The translations under genes and the position numbers were made by a program. Shown one piece after another: positions 21,015 to 29,083 of a DNA stretch of 64,000 nt. Source of the DNA: an uncultured Chloroflexia bacterium (lineage in GTDB: Bacteria > Chloroflexota > Limnocylindria > Limnocylindrales > CSP1-4); contig CAWIML010000009.1 of assembly GCA_963837215.1 (NCBI GenBank), forward strand, positions 295,058 to 359,057, in the 5' to 3' direction. Under the pieces are notes generated by a model. It did no database searches, had not been told where the DNA came from, and was given only the letters and a program-made list of their open reading frames with translations. The stretch's first letter is position 1, and each line of letters opens with the position of its first letter.

Positions 21015-21521
21015 ATGACGACGATGCAGGATGTCCGAGCCACGATCCCCGACCTCCGCGAGGTCATCCCCGACCTCCGCGAGGCCATGCCCGACTTCCG
21101 CGAGGTCATCCCCGACCTCCGTCGGTCGGTGCCTGATGCGCGTGCCGCCATCGCGGACATGCGCGCCGACCTCCCGCCCGGTCCGTGGCGCCGGGAGCGG
21201 CCCTCGCTCGTCAGCCGCATCGCCATCGTGGTGGTCGCCAGTCTCGCCCTCGCGGCCTTGGGCTGGCTCATCCTCGCCCTCGTCGAGCGGCGTCGCCTCG
21301 CCGCACAGGTCCAGGCGGTCGACGAAGAGGAGATGGCCATAACGCGTGCCGAGGACGAAGGCATGGGCACGGCGATCGCCGACCCGAGCGCAGACCGTTT
21401 CGAGCATCAGCCGTCCCGGTCCGGCAACGCGGACACCACCAGCGTTGCGCCGGATACGCTGCGGCCGATGGTCGGCGCCTCGTCCAGCCCGATCGATGGA
21501 GGCCAGGCCGATGGCCGATGA
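21015..21521 (+). CDS. Membrane protein with an N-terminal heptad repeat array (IPDLREV x ~6) and a single TM helix.
   Basis: Tandem 7-aa repeats (IPDLREV / IPDLREA / MPDFREV / IPDLRRS / VPDARAA / IADMRAD) followed by LVSRIAIVVVASLALAALGWLILALV. A GGAG lies upstream of the ATG. Confidence 0.5.
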   Translation: MTTMQDVRATIPDLREVIPDLREAMPDFREVIPDLRRSVPDARAAIADMRADLPPGPWRRERPSLVSRIAIVVVASLALAALGWLILALVERRRLAAQVQAVDEEEMAITRAEDEGMGTAIADPSADRFEHQPSRSGNADTTSVAPDTLRPMVGASSSPIDGGQADGR

Positions 21522-21921
21522 AGAGCGCGTCGTTGTCCAACGTGAGGTAGCAGACCCGCCCGCTAGTCAAAGTCAGCCGGCTGCCAGTCAAAGCGTCACC
21601 GAAGAGACGGTCAAGCGCCGACCGAGCGGCGCCGAGACCGCGCGACGAGTCGTCGTCTTCGTCTTCGGCATCGTCCAGGTGCTGATCCTGTTGCGGATCG
21701 TGCTGCTGCTCGTCGGTGCCAATGACGACAATGGCCTGGTGGCGACCATCTATGACGTCTCTGGGTTGTTCGTCGCGCCATTCGAAGGCGTCCTGGGCAG
21801 GGATTCCGTGCGCAATGCAGGGGCCGTCCTCGATATCGCCGCGGTGGTGGCCCTGATCGCCTGGACGCTGCTGGAGGCCCTCATCCTCGGCGCCATCAGC
21901 ATCATGCGTCGGGAGCCATAG
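21511..21921 (+). CDS. YggT-like small membrane protein.
   Basis: A GGAGG RBS lies 8 nt upstream of the ATG at 21511. Two TM segments flank an LFVAPFEG motif reminiscent of YGGT. It overlaps the upstream gene by 11 nt. Confidence 0.5.
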   Translation: MADEERVVVQREVADPPASQSQPAASQSVTEETVKRRPSGAETARRVVVFVFGIVQVLILLRIVLLLVGANDDNGLVATIYDVSGLFVAPFEGVLGRDSVRNAGAVLDIAAVVALIAWTLLEALILGAISIMRREP

Positions 21922-21979
21922 CGCCCCGAGTCGCCGCCCGAAGGCGCCGACCTAGGAGCGCCGCCGCGGAAGCGTCGAC

Positions 21980-23211
21980 CTAGGAGCCGGCCTGCCGGTC
22001 GAGGGCCTCGATCGAGGCGATGAACTCCTGGAGCCGCTCCTGGATGTCGGCCGCGATCGACCCCAGGCCTTCTCCGGTCGGGTCAGCCTGGCGCAGGGTG
22101 GCCTCTACGAGCAAGGCTTGCCGCAGCCCGTCAAGCCTGTCTGTCGACCGATCGAGCAGATCCGCCACGGTCGGCTCGGACCGACGCCTGGCATGAGCGC
22201 GTCAGACAGGAAGCGCTCGATCGCCAGGTCGAGGGCCCCGATCGATGTCTCCGGATCGCGCGCCTCGATCAGCGTCGCCAGCGCGCGACCATTCCGGACG
22301 AGCTGCGGTAGCGTGACATCAGGTTGTGCCAGCCGATCGGCGACCAGCCACGCCCCGGCGACCCACGGCGAGACGATCAGCGCTACCCACCAGCCGGGCT
22401 CGTCGGTGATCGACCGTTGGCGGTCAGCAGCACGCTGGGCGGCCGCCCCCACCGCGATGAGGTCCTGCTTGACGCGCGTATCACTTCCCTCGGTGCCGAC
22501 GATGGTGAGCGTCACCGTGTAGAGGCCATCCTCCCGGTACACGTGCGTGGGGTGGACGTCGAACGAGACGCGGCCGTCGCCGAACGTCCAGAGTTGCCCA
22601 CTGGGTGCTCCGCTCGAGAGGTTCGCGAAGGCGACCAGGAGGGGCGGGTCGCCTTCGATCGAGCTGGCATAGAAGCCCGCCTGCAGTCCTGCCGCCGGAC
22701 TCGGTGACGGCGACGGGCTGGGTGTCGGGCTCGGCGATGGCGATGGCGTCGGGGACGGGCTCGGCGTCGGGCTCGGCCTTGTCGTCGGCGTCGGTGTGGG
22801 GCGGCCGGTCGGCGCCGGGCTGGGCCTGGTCGTCGGCTCGGCGGTCGGCCCTTCGGTCGGTGCCGTGGTCGGGGCCGTCGTCGGTTCGGCGGTGGGCTCA
22901 GGCGTGGGCTCGGGCGTGGGCTCCGCCGTCGGTTCCGGTGTCGGCTCCGTCGTCGGCTCGGCGGTCGGCTCCTCAGTAGGTCGGTCAGGCTCGCAGGTCT
23001 TGAGCAGGTCGGAGATCTCCGACGGGAGCGGGATGCCGCCCGGGACGCACGAGGGCAGCGGTGGCAGTTCGGCCGGCAGGGAAGGCAGGTCGCCTGGCAG
23101 CGTGAAGTCGCTCGGCAGCGGCGGCAGGTCGGTGGGCAGGGCGTCGCATGCGGAGATGGTCAGCGCAAGGGCGAGAAGTGCGGCAGCGAAACGTCGTTGC
23201 TGGTTCGGCAT
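21980..23211 (-). CDS. Lipoprotein with a Pro/Thr/Glu-rich linker and a PKD domain; one frame change at ~22150.
   Basis: Lipobox LTISAC after MPNQQRRFAAALLALA, then (EPT/PSP) low-complexity repeats, then a PKD motif (QLWTFGDGRVSFDVHPTHVYREDGLYTVTLTIVG). The C-terminal ~60 aa continue in ORF 21980..22168. Confidence 0.65.
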
Positions 23212-23263
23212 GACGGCAAGCCTAGCGCGACTGGTGATACCCGGTCAGCGGGAGCCCGTGACG

Positions 23264-23292
23264 GTTGCGGTCGAGGCAGGACTGCGATAGCA
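23264..23292 (+). promoter_or_regulatory. Candidate sigma70-type promoter (TTGCGG, 17 nt, TAGCAT) driving the SAM riboswitch leader.
   Basis: Hexamers read directly from the sequence; the riboswitch P1 stem starts ~15 nt downstream. Confidence 0.35.
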
Positions 23293-23308
23293 TGAAGGCA
23301 ACCGAATA

Positions 23309-23416
23309 GCTCTTATCAAGAGTGGCGGAGGGACCGGCCCGTTGAAGCCACGACAACCTGCCAAGAGGACTTGGTAAGGTGCCAAATCCGGGCAGGTCCG
23401 CCTGCGAGATAAGGGA
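23309..23416 (+). promoter_or_regulatory. SAM-I (S-box) riboswitch aptamer.
   Basis: CUCUUAUCAAGAG-UGGCGGAGGGACCGGCCCGUUGAAGCC...CAACC...GGUGCCAAAUCC..GCAGG...GAGAUAAGGG matches the S-box consensus (P1 CUCUUAUCAAGAG/GAGAUAAG, kink-turn GGAGGGA, GGUGCUAAUUCC-like J3/4). Confidence 0.85.
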
Positions 23417-23427
23417 AACCCCCTGAG

Positions 23428-23462
23428 GCCCTTCCTCCGCAGGAAGGGTCTTCTCATTCCCG
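23428..23462 (+). terminator. Riboswitch expression-platform hairpin (transcription attenuator, OFF state).
   Basis: ccttcct-ccgc-aggaagg hairpin followed by gucuucucauucc (U-rich), ~45 nt before the ATG. Confidence 0.5.
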
Positions 23463-23506
23463 CCGGTCCTGCCGCGTTCCAGCCCCACCGCGCGAAGGAC
23501 CGACCG

Positions 23507-24862
23507 ATGACGACCGACCTGCTGGCCACCCCGACGATCCCATCGCCGCGGTCTGCCATGCCCGACGGCGCGTCGACCGAGACCCAGGGTGAGGGTGGCT
23601 CGGGGCCGGAGCGGATCCTCGGCATGCGCTGTCGGAACTGCGGCCGACCGGAGGCGCTCGGCGCGAACTACGTCTGTGCCGGCTGCTTCGGTCCCCTCGA
23701 GATCGCCTACGACCTCGAGGTCGCGGCACGGACGCTGGATCATGCCGCCCTCGCCTCCCGCCCGGCCGGCATCTGGCGCTACCTGGAGCTTCTGCCGGTG
23801 ACGGCGCCTCCGGTGCGGGGCCTCCAGGTCGGCTCGACCCCACTGGTGCCCGCCGAACGGCTGGGCGAAGTGATCGGCATCGAGCGTCTCTGGCTCAAGG
23901 ACGATACCCGGAATCCGACCCTCTCCTTCAAGGATCGTGCCGTTGCCGTGGCCGCCGCTCAGGCCTCGACCTTCGGCCTCGAAGCACTGGCCTGCGCCTC
24001 GACCGGCAACCTCGCCGGCGCCACGGCTGCCGCCGCGGCCGCCCTCGGCCTGCCGGCGTACGTCTTCATCCCCGCCGACCTGGAGCCGGCCAAAGTCGCC
24101 CACGCCCTGGCCTACGGCGCGACCGTGGTGCCCGTGGATGGCACCTACGACGACGTCAATCGGCTTTGCCTGGAGGTCGCCGACGAGCTCGGCTGGGGTT
24201 TCGTCAACGTCAACCTGCGGCCGTTCTACGCCGAAGGCAGCAAGACCCTCGCCTTCGAGGTCGCCGAGCAGCTCGGCTGGCGGCTGCCGGACGTGATCGT
24301 CTCTCCCATCGCCTCGGGGGCGCTCTTCACCAAGCTCGCCAAGGGGTTCGACGAGCTGGCCGCGGTCGGGCTCATCGAGCGAACCGCGGTGCGCTTCGTG
24401 GGTGGCCAGGCGGCCGGCTGCGCTCCGGTGGCGCATGCCTTCGAGTCCGGCAGCGATGTCATCGAGCCGGTGCGGGTTCCCGACACGATCGTCCGCTCAT
24501 TGGCCATCGGCAGCCCGGCTGACGGACGCTATGCGGTCGAGCTGGCACGGGCGAGCGGCGGCTCCGTCGAGGCCATCCCCGACAGCACGACCGCACAGGC
24601 GCTCCGTCGTGTGGCCGCCCTCGAAGGGCTCCATCCCGAGACCGCCGGCGGCGTGACCATCGCGGCCGCCGAGGCGGCCCGGGCACGAGGCGTCATCCGC
24701 GACGGCGACGAGGTCGTGGTGCTGCTCACCGGAAACGGCCTCAAGACACCGGACGCGGCGATGTTCGACATCGAGTCGCAACCGGCCGAGCGCGGCCGGC
24801 CCGGCCTGGCGCCGGTCCTTGCTGCACGCTTCTCGGCCTTCGAAGCCTGGTACCAGGCATGA
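23507..24862 (+). CDS. Threonine-synthase-like PLP enzyme with an N-terminal zinc ribbon; candidate MetM-type homocysteine synthase given the SAM riboswitch.
   Basis: C-x2-C-x13-C-x2-C (CRNCGRPEALGANYVCAGC). PLP-lysine motif SFKDRA. Thr-synthase / Trp-synthase-beta fold throughout; 451 aa. Confidence 0.85.
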   Translation: MTTDLLATPTIPSPRSAMPDGASTETQGEGGSGPERILGMRCRNCGRPEALGANYVCAGCFGPLEIAYDLEVAARTLDHAALASRPAGIWRYLELLPVTAPPVRGLQVGSTPLVPAERLGEVIGIERLWLKDDTRNPTLSFKDRAVAVAAAQASTFGLEALACASTGNLAGATAAAAAALGLPAYVFIPADLEPAKVAHALAYGATVVPVDGTYDDVNRLCLEVADELGWGFVNVNLRPFYAEGSKTLAFEVAEQLGWRLPDVIVSPIASGALFTKLAKGFDELAAVGLIERTAVRFVGGQAAGCAPVAHAFESGSDVIEPVRVPDTIVRSLAIGSPADGRYAVELARASGGSVEAIPDSTTAQALRRVAALEGLHPETAGGVTIAAAEAARARGVIRDGDEVVVLLTGNGLKTPDAAMFDIESQPAERGRPGLAPVLAARFSAFEAWYQA

Positions 24863-24867
24863 CCGGA

Positions 24868-24906
24868 CGGCGCCGCCGGATCGGCACACGCGGCGGCTTT
24901 TGCTCC
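24868..24906 (+). terminator. Intrinsic terminator after the thrC-like gene.
   Basis: gcgccgccg ... cggcggc stem followed by TTTTGCTCC. Confidence 0.45.
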
Positions 24907-25032
24907 TGTCCGAGGCGGGTCGCCACCCGCTGACGCCACCGACCGGCAGGTGCCGGTCCAGGGTCACGAAGCCGCGACTCGCGTTCCTCGCGATCACCCG
25001 TCCCTTTATTCCACCTCGTTCAGGAGCTTTCG

Positions 25033-25521
25033 ATGTCGTCCGTCCCTCGTCCCGGTCCGCGTCTCATCGACCCGCGCGGCCAGCGCTTCGGCGCCGGCTT
25101 CTCGGCGATCGTGTTGGCGCTCGCCGTCCTCCTCCAGTCGCCGCTGCTGGTATCGCTGGTCGCCGTCGCCCTTGGCGTCAGCTCGCTCTTCGGTCTGAGC
25201 ACCTTCGTCTTCGGGCGGCCGTGGCCGACCGTCCGGCGGCTGCTCCGGCTTGGCCCACCCGCCTATCAGGAGCCCGAATTCGGGCCTCGCTTCGCCCAGG
25301 CGCTCGGGTTCGTCTTCCTGGCTCTCGGGGTCGCGCTCGTCGCGGCCGGCGTCTCGCCCCTCGGGTGGCTGCCGATCGTGGCCGTGGTCGGGCTGCAGGC
25401 CACGCTGGCGCTGACGGGCTACTGCCTGGGCTGCAAGCTGTACGGCCTGAGTTGGTGGCTGCCGGCGCAGTTCGACCGATTCGTGTTGCGTCGGCAGGAG
25501 GAGGGCGAGCCGGCCGCCTGA
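25033..25521 (+). CDS. DUF4395-family integral membrane protein.
   Basis: Four TM segments (FSAIVLALAVLLQSPLLVSLVAVALGV; QALGFVFLALGVALVAAGV; LPIVAVVGLQATLALTGYCLGCKLYGL). Confidence 0.6.
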   Translation: MSSVPRPGPRLIDPRGQRFGAGFSAIVLALAVLLQSPLLVSLVAVALGVSSLFGLSTFVFGRPWPTVRRLLRLGPPAYQEPEFGPRFAQALGFVFLALGVALVAAGVSPLGWLPIVAVVGLQATLALTGYCLGCKLYGLSWWLPAQFDRFVLRRQEEGEPAA

Positions 25522-25567
25522 TCTGGCGCCGCTCTGCCCGCCGGCGATCCGGGCAGCCTGAGCGTCC

Positions 25568-26765
25568 TCAGTCGCGGGAGGCGCGCCACGCGTCGCGGAG
25601 CCTCATCCGGCCGGTGGTCTGGAGGATCGCCCCGGCATAGATACGAGCTCCGATGACGAACAGGATCCAGATGGCGATGAGCGTGACGACGATGGCGCCA
25701 AGGATCTCGGCCGGCGAGATGGCGTCGAGCGCGGCCCGGAGGGGGACGACGAACGGCGCCGCAGGCGGCACGAAGGTCAGGATCGTCGCCAGCGTGCCGT
25801 CGGGGTCGCCCAGGGCGACGGTGATCGAGGCGACGTAGCTGATGACGGCCACGACCGTCACGGGTGACGATGCGTTCGACGCCTCCTCCATGCGCGAGGC
25901 GAGCGCGCCCAGGAACCCGAGCGCCGTGGAATAGAGCAGGTAGCCGAGGATGAACCAGATCGAGATCATGGCCACGGCTGCGGGCGTCGTGGCAGGCAGG
26001 CTGAACTCACCGGTGAGGCTGACCGCGAGGACCCCGGCGACCACGAAGGCCGCCAGCTGGACGAGGCCAAGGACGCCGATGCCCAGGACCTTGCCCATCA
26101 GCAGGTCCCGTGGACGGACCGTCGACAGCACGACCTCGACCACGCGGCTCTGCTTCTCCTCGACGACACCCGTCAGGACCGTGAAGCCGAAGGAGAAGAT
26201 ACCCACGAGGATGAGTACGGAGCCGATGTTGGCGACGAAGACTGCGGCTTCGTCGTCCGGCCCGACGGGCTCGACGGCGGTGACGACCGGCGGCTCCCCG
26301 ATCGTGGCAAGGACACCGGGATCGACGCCCTGCTCGGCCAGGGTCGACGTCAAGCGGAGCTGGCTGACCGCGGCGCCGACCATGCGCACGATGCGTCTCG
26401 TCCGGCTGCTCGTGGAAGCGCACCTCGCCCGGGCCCGAGAGGTCGGCCGGCACGATGATCAGCGCCTTGATCGATTCGTCAGCCAGGGCCGCGTCTCCGG
26501 CCGCCCGATCGGGCACATCCGTCAGGACGACCACCGACTCCAGCGATGCGGCGACGGCGGCAAGCGACGCCTCCAGGCCTGCCGGCACGGGCGCCAGGGC
26601 GCCGATGGCCGTAGCCTCGTCGTCGCGGAGCAGGACCGCCGGGATGACGAACGAACCGATGACGATGGCGGTCGTGAACAGGACCGAGAAGATGAAGCCA
26701 CGGCTCCGGCCGCGCTCGATGATCTCGCGACGCGCGACGAGCCAGACCGATCGCAGGTGCCTCAT
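25568..26765 (-). CDS. ABC-2 family permease (NatB-like); one frame change at ~26395.
   Basis: The N-terminus MRHLRSVWLVARREIIERGRSRGFIFSVLFTTAIVIGSFVIP is in ORF 26007..26765. The multi-TM C-terminal half is in ORF 25568..26389. Confidence 0.75.
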
Positions 26766-27718
26766 GTCGTCGGCCCTGCCGACCCCGCCTCGGTGGTGCG
26801 GCCTGGCTCTGTGGGTGCCTCGGGCGCCTCGGCCACGACCTCCATGAAGAGGTCGGAGAGCGTCGGCGGCTGGTAGGCGAAGCGGCGCACCTCCCCGCCC
26901 CGACTGGCGGCCGCCAGCAGCTCGTCGAGCGCGACGGCCTCGTCCACGACCAGCTTGACCCGGCCGTCCGAACGTTCGACGACCTCGACCTGCGCCGGGA
27001 GCGCGGCCAGCCAGTCGTCATCGGCGCCGGCGATCTCGATCTCGAGGTGGCGGCGGCCGGACGCCGCGCGCAACTCGCCGATCGGACCCTGAGCGACGAT
27101 GCGGCCGCGGGCGATGATCACGACGTCCTCGCAGATGTCCTCGACGAGGTCGAGCTGGTGGCTGCTGAAGACGACCCCGACTCCGGCAGTCGCGCGCTCG
27201 CGAAGGACCTCGGTCATCGTCGCCATGCCCAGCGGGTCGAGCCCCGAGAAGGGCTCGTCGAGGACCAGCAGCTCCGGCTCGTGGACCAATGCGGCCGCGA
27301 GCTGGACGCGCTGCTGGTTGCCGTGCGAGAGGTCCTCCAGCTTGCCCTTGGCCCGGTCGGCGAGGCCGAAGCGTTCCAGCCAGCGGTCCGAGGCGGCGTC
27401 GGCCAGCCGGCCCGAGAGGCCGTGCTGTTGAGCGAAGTAGCTGAGCTGCTCGCGCACGCGCATGCGCGGGTAGAGGCCGCGTTGCTCGGGCATGTATCCG
27501 AACCGCAGCCGAGCGTCGGCATCGATCGGGCGACCATCCCAGCGCGTCTCGCCTGCGTCTGGCCGGACGAGGCCGAAGACGCAGCGCATGGTCGTCGTCT
27601 TGCCCGAGCCGTTGGGCCCGAGGAAGCCGGTCAGGCGTCCGCGGCGGGCCGAGAACGAGGCGCCGTCAAGGGCCGTGACCGGGCCGTAGCGCTTGGAAAG
27701 GGCATCGATCTCAAGCAT
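26762..27718 (-). CDS. ABC transporter ATP-binding protein (NatA-like).
   Basis: Walker A GPNGSGKTT, signature LSHGNQQRV and Walker B LLVLDEPFSGLD. Start at MLEIDALSKRYG. ATGA overlap with the permease gene. Confidence 0.85.
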   Translation of the reverse strand: MLEIDALSKRYGPVTALDGASFSARRGRLTGFLGPNGSGKTTTMRCVFGLVRPDAGETRWDGRPIDADARLRFGYMPEQRGLYPRMRVREQLSYFAQQHGLSGRLADAASDRWLERFGLADRAKGKLEDLSHGNQQRVQLAAALVHEPELLVLDEPFSGLDPLGMATMTEVLRERATAGVGVVFSSHQLDLVEDICEDVVIIARGRIVAQGPIGELRAASGRRHLEIEIAGADDDWLAALPAQVEVVERSDGRVKLVVDEAVALDELLAAASRGGEVRRFAYQPPTLSDLFMEVVAEAPEAPTEPGRTTEAGSAGPTT

Positions 27719-27867
27719 GCCGGTGCATCGTTCCCATGATGAGCTCGGGTGCAGAATGCCCGCCGGCGCAGAGGGGGGATCCGCGCCAGCGGACAGACCC
27801 AGTTTCTGCGAACTGACCAAAACGTGCCCGGACCGCACACGCGGGCGGCGCTGGATACCCTTGTGTC

Positions 27868-28260
27868 GTGGATCGCCAGCTCATCTCATCGGGCTCACCC
27901 TACGAGCGAACCGTGGGCTTCAGCCGCGCGGTCCGGATCGGCGGCCGCGTGCTCGTGTCCGGGACGGCCCCGATCTGGTCGGACGGCTCATGCGATCCCG
28001 ATCCCGGTGTCCAGGCCGGACGTTGCCTGGAGATCATCCTGGCGGCGCTGGCCGAAGCCGGGGCCGGGCCGGAGCACGTCGTCAGGACGCGGAGCTACCT
28101 CGTGGATCGCGGCGACGAAGCGGCCGTCTCGCGTGCCCACGGGCGCGTCTTCGGCGAGATCCGGCCGGCGAGCACGATGGTCGTGGTGGCCGGCCTGCTG
28201 GATCCCCGCTGGAAGGTCGAGATGGAGGCCGAGGCGATCCTCGACCCTGTCGATCGATAG
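27868..28260 (+). CDS. RidA/YjgF-family enamine/imine deaminase-like protein.
   Basis: GTG start. The RidA-like core lies between the N-terminal SPYERTVGFSRAVRIGGRVLVSG and C-terminal EMEAEAIL signature ends. Confidence 0.75.
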   Translation: MDRQLISSGSPYERTVGFSRAVRIGGRVLVSGTAPIWSDGSCDPDPGVQAGRCLEIILAALAEAGAGPEHVVRTRSYLVDRGDEAAVSRAHGRVFGEIRPASTMVVVAGLLDPRWKVEMEAEAILDPVDR

Positions 28261-28270
28261 GCGTCGATCC

Positions 28271-28915
28271 CTAGGGGGCCGCGCTCGCGCTTGGCGCCGG
28301 GCTGGCGGTGGGTGCCTGGGTCGCGCCAGGTGCCTGGGTGGCGTCAGGCTCCAGCGTGGGTCCAGGGAGTTGGTAGGGCAGTTGCCAGCCGCCGCCCGGC
28401 ATCCCGCCGCGTGGGAACAGTCGATCACCCGGAAGCAGCCCGCCTCGACGACCCTGCCAGGACCCGTCCCGTGATCCGGGCCCCTGATGGAAGCCGCCGC
28501 GGCCATCGCCTCGGCCAGGGAACCCTCCGCGGCCTGGGAGCTGCTCGTAGCCCGGGATGCGGCCGTTCTGGTCGCCCGCGTCGATCCGATGGGACCGAAT
28601 GCCGCGCTCGTTCCCATCGTCGATCGTGCGACCGGCGGCGAAGCCGATGCCGCCGACGAGCACGAAGGCCCCGACAAGGACCGCCACTTCGACCCACCGG
28701 CGCCGGCTCGTCGGTGCCTCGGGCGGCGGGGCGGTGGCCGCCGACACCGTGCCAGGCTCGCCACTCGGCGCGGCAGGCTCCTGGACGGTCGCCTCGTTCG
28801 GGAGGGAATCTGGTGTCGTTCCCGGGCTCGGGGGCGCGTCGGTCGCCGGCGTGCCCGGCACCGCGACGGGAGTCGGCCCAGTCGTCGGATCTGGCGGGGT
28901 GGTCTGGTCGGTCAC
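28271..28915 (-). CDS. Proline-rich single-pass membrane protein.
   Basis: A Pro/Thr-rich N-terminus, one TM helix (WVEVAVLVGAFVLVGGIGFAAG) and a Gly/Arg-rich C-terminus. Moderate confidence only. Confidence 0.45.
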   Translation of the reverse strand: MTDQTTPPDPTTGPTPVAVPGTPATDAPPSPGTTPDSLPNEATVQEPAAPSGEPGTVSAATAPPPEAPTSRRRWVEVAVLVGAFVLVGGIGFAAGRTIDDGNERGIRSHRIDAGDQNGRIPGYEQLPGRGGFPGRGDGRGGFHQGPGSRDGSWQGRRGGLLPGDRLFPRGGMPGGGWQLPYQLPGPTLEPDATQAPGATQAPTASPAPSASAAP

Positions 28916-29083
28916 GCGTGGACTCCTTGTCGTCGTGCTGGTCGTATCGATCGCGTCCGTCGCCCGAAGGTCGGGCAGGCAGACGCCTGACTCAGCGCGA
29001 GGGTCGTCTCGTCACCTGACGGAGTCCTGAATCGAACGGATCTCCTGGTGCCCACGTCAGTGGACGCGGACGACCGAGGCCGG

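Noticed and set aside
23222-24436. 404-aa minus-strand ORF.
   Set aside because: It runs antisense through the SAM riboswitch and most of the thrC-like gene. It is Arg/Gly-rich with no motifs.
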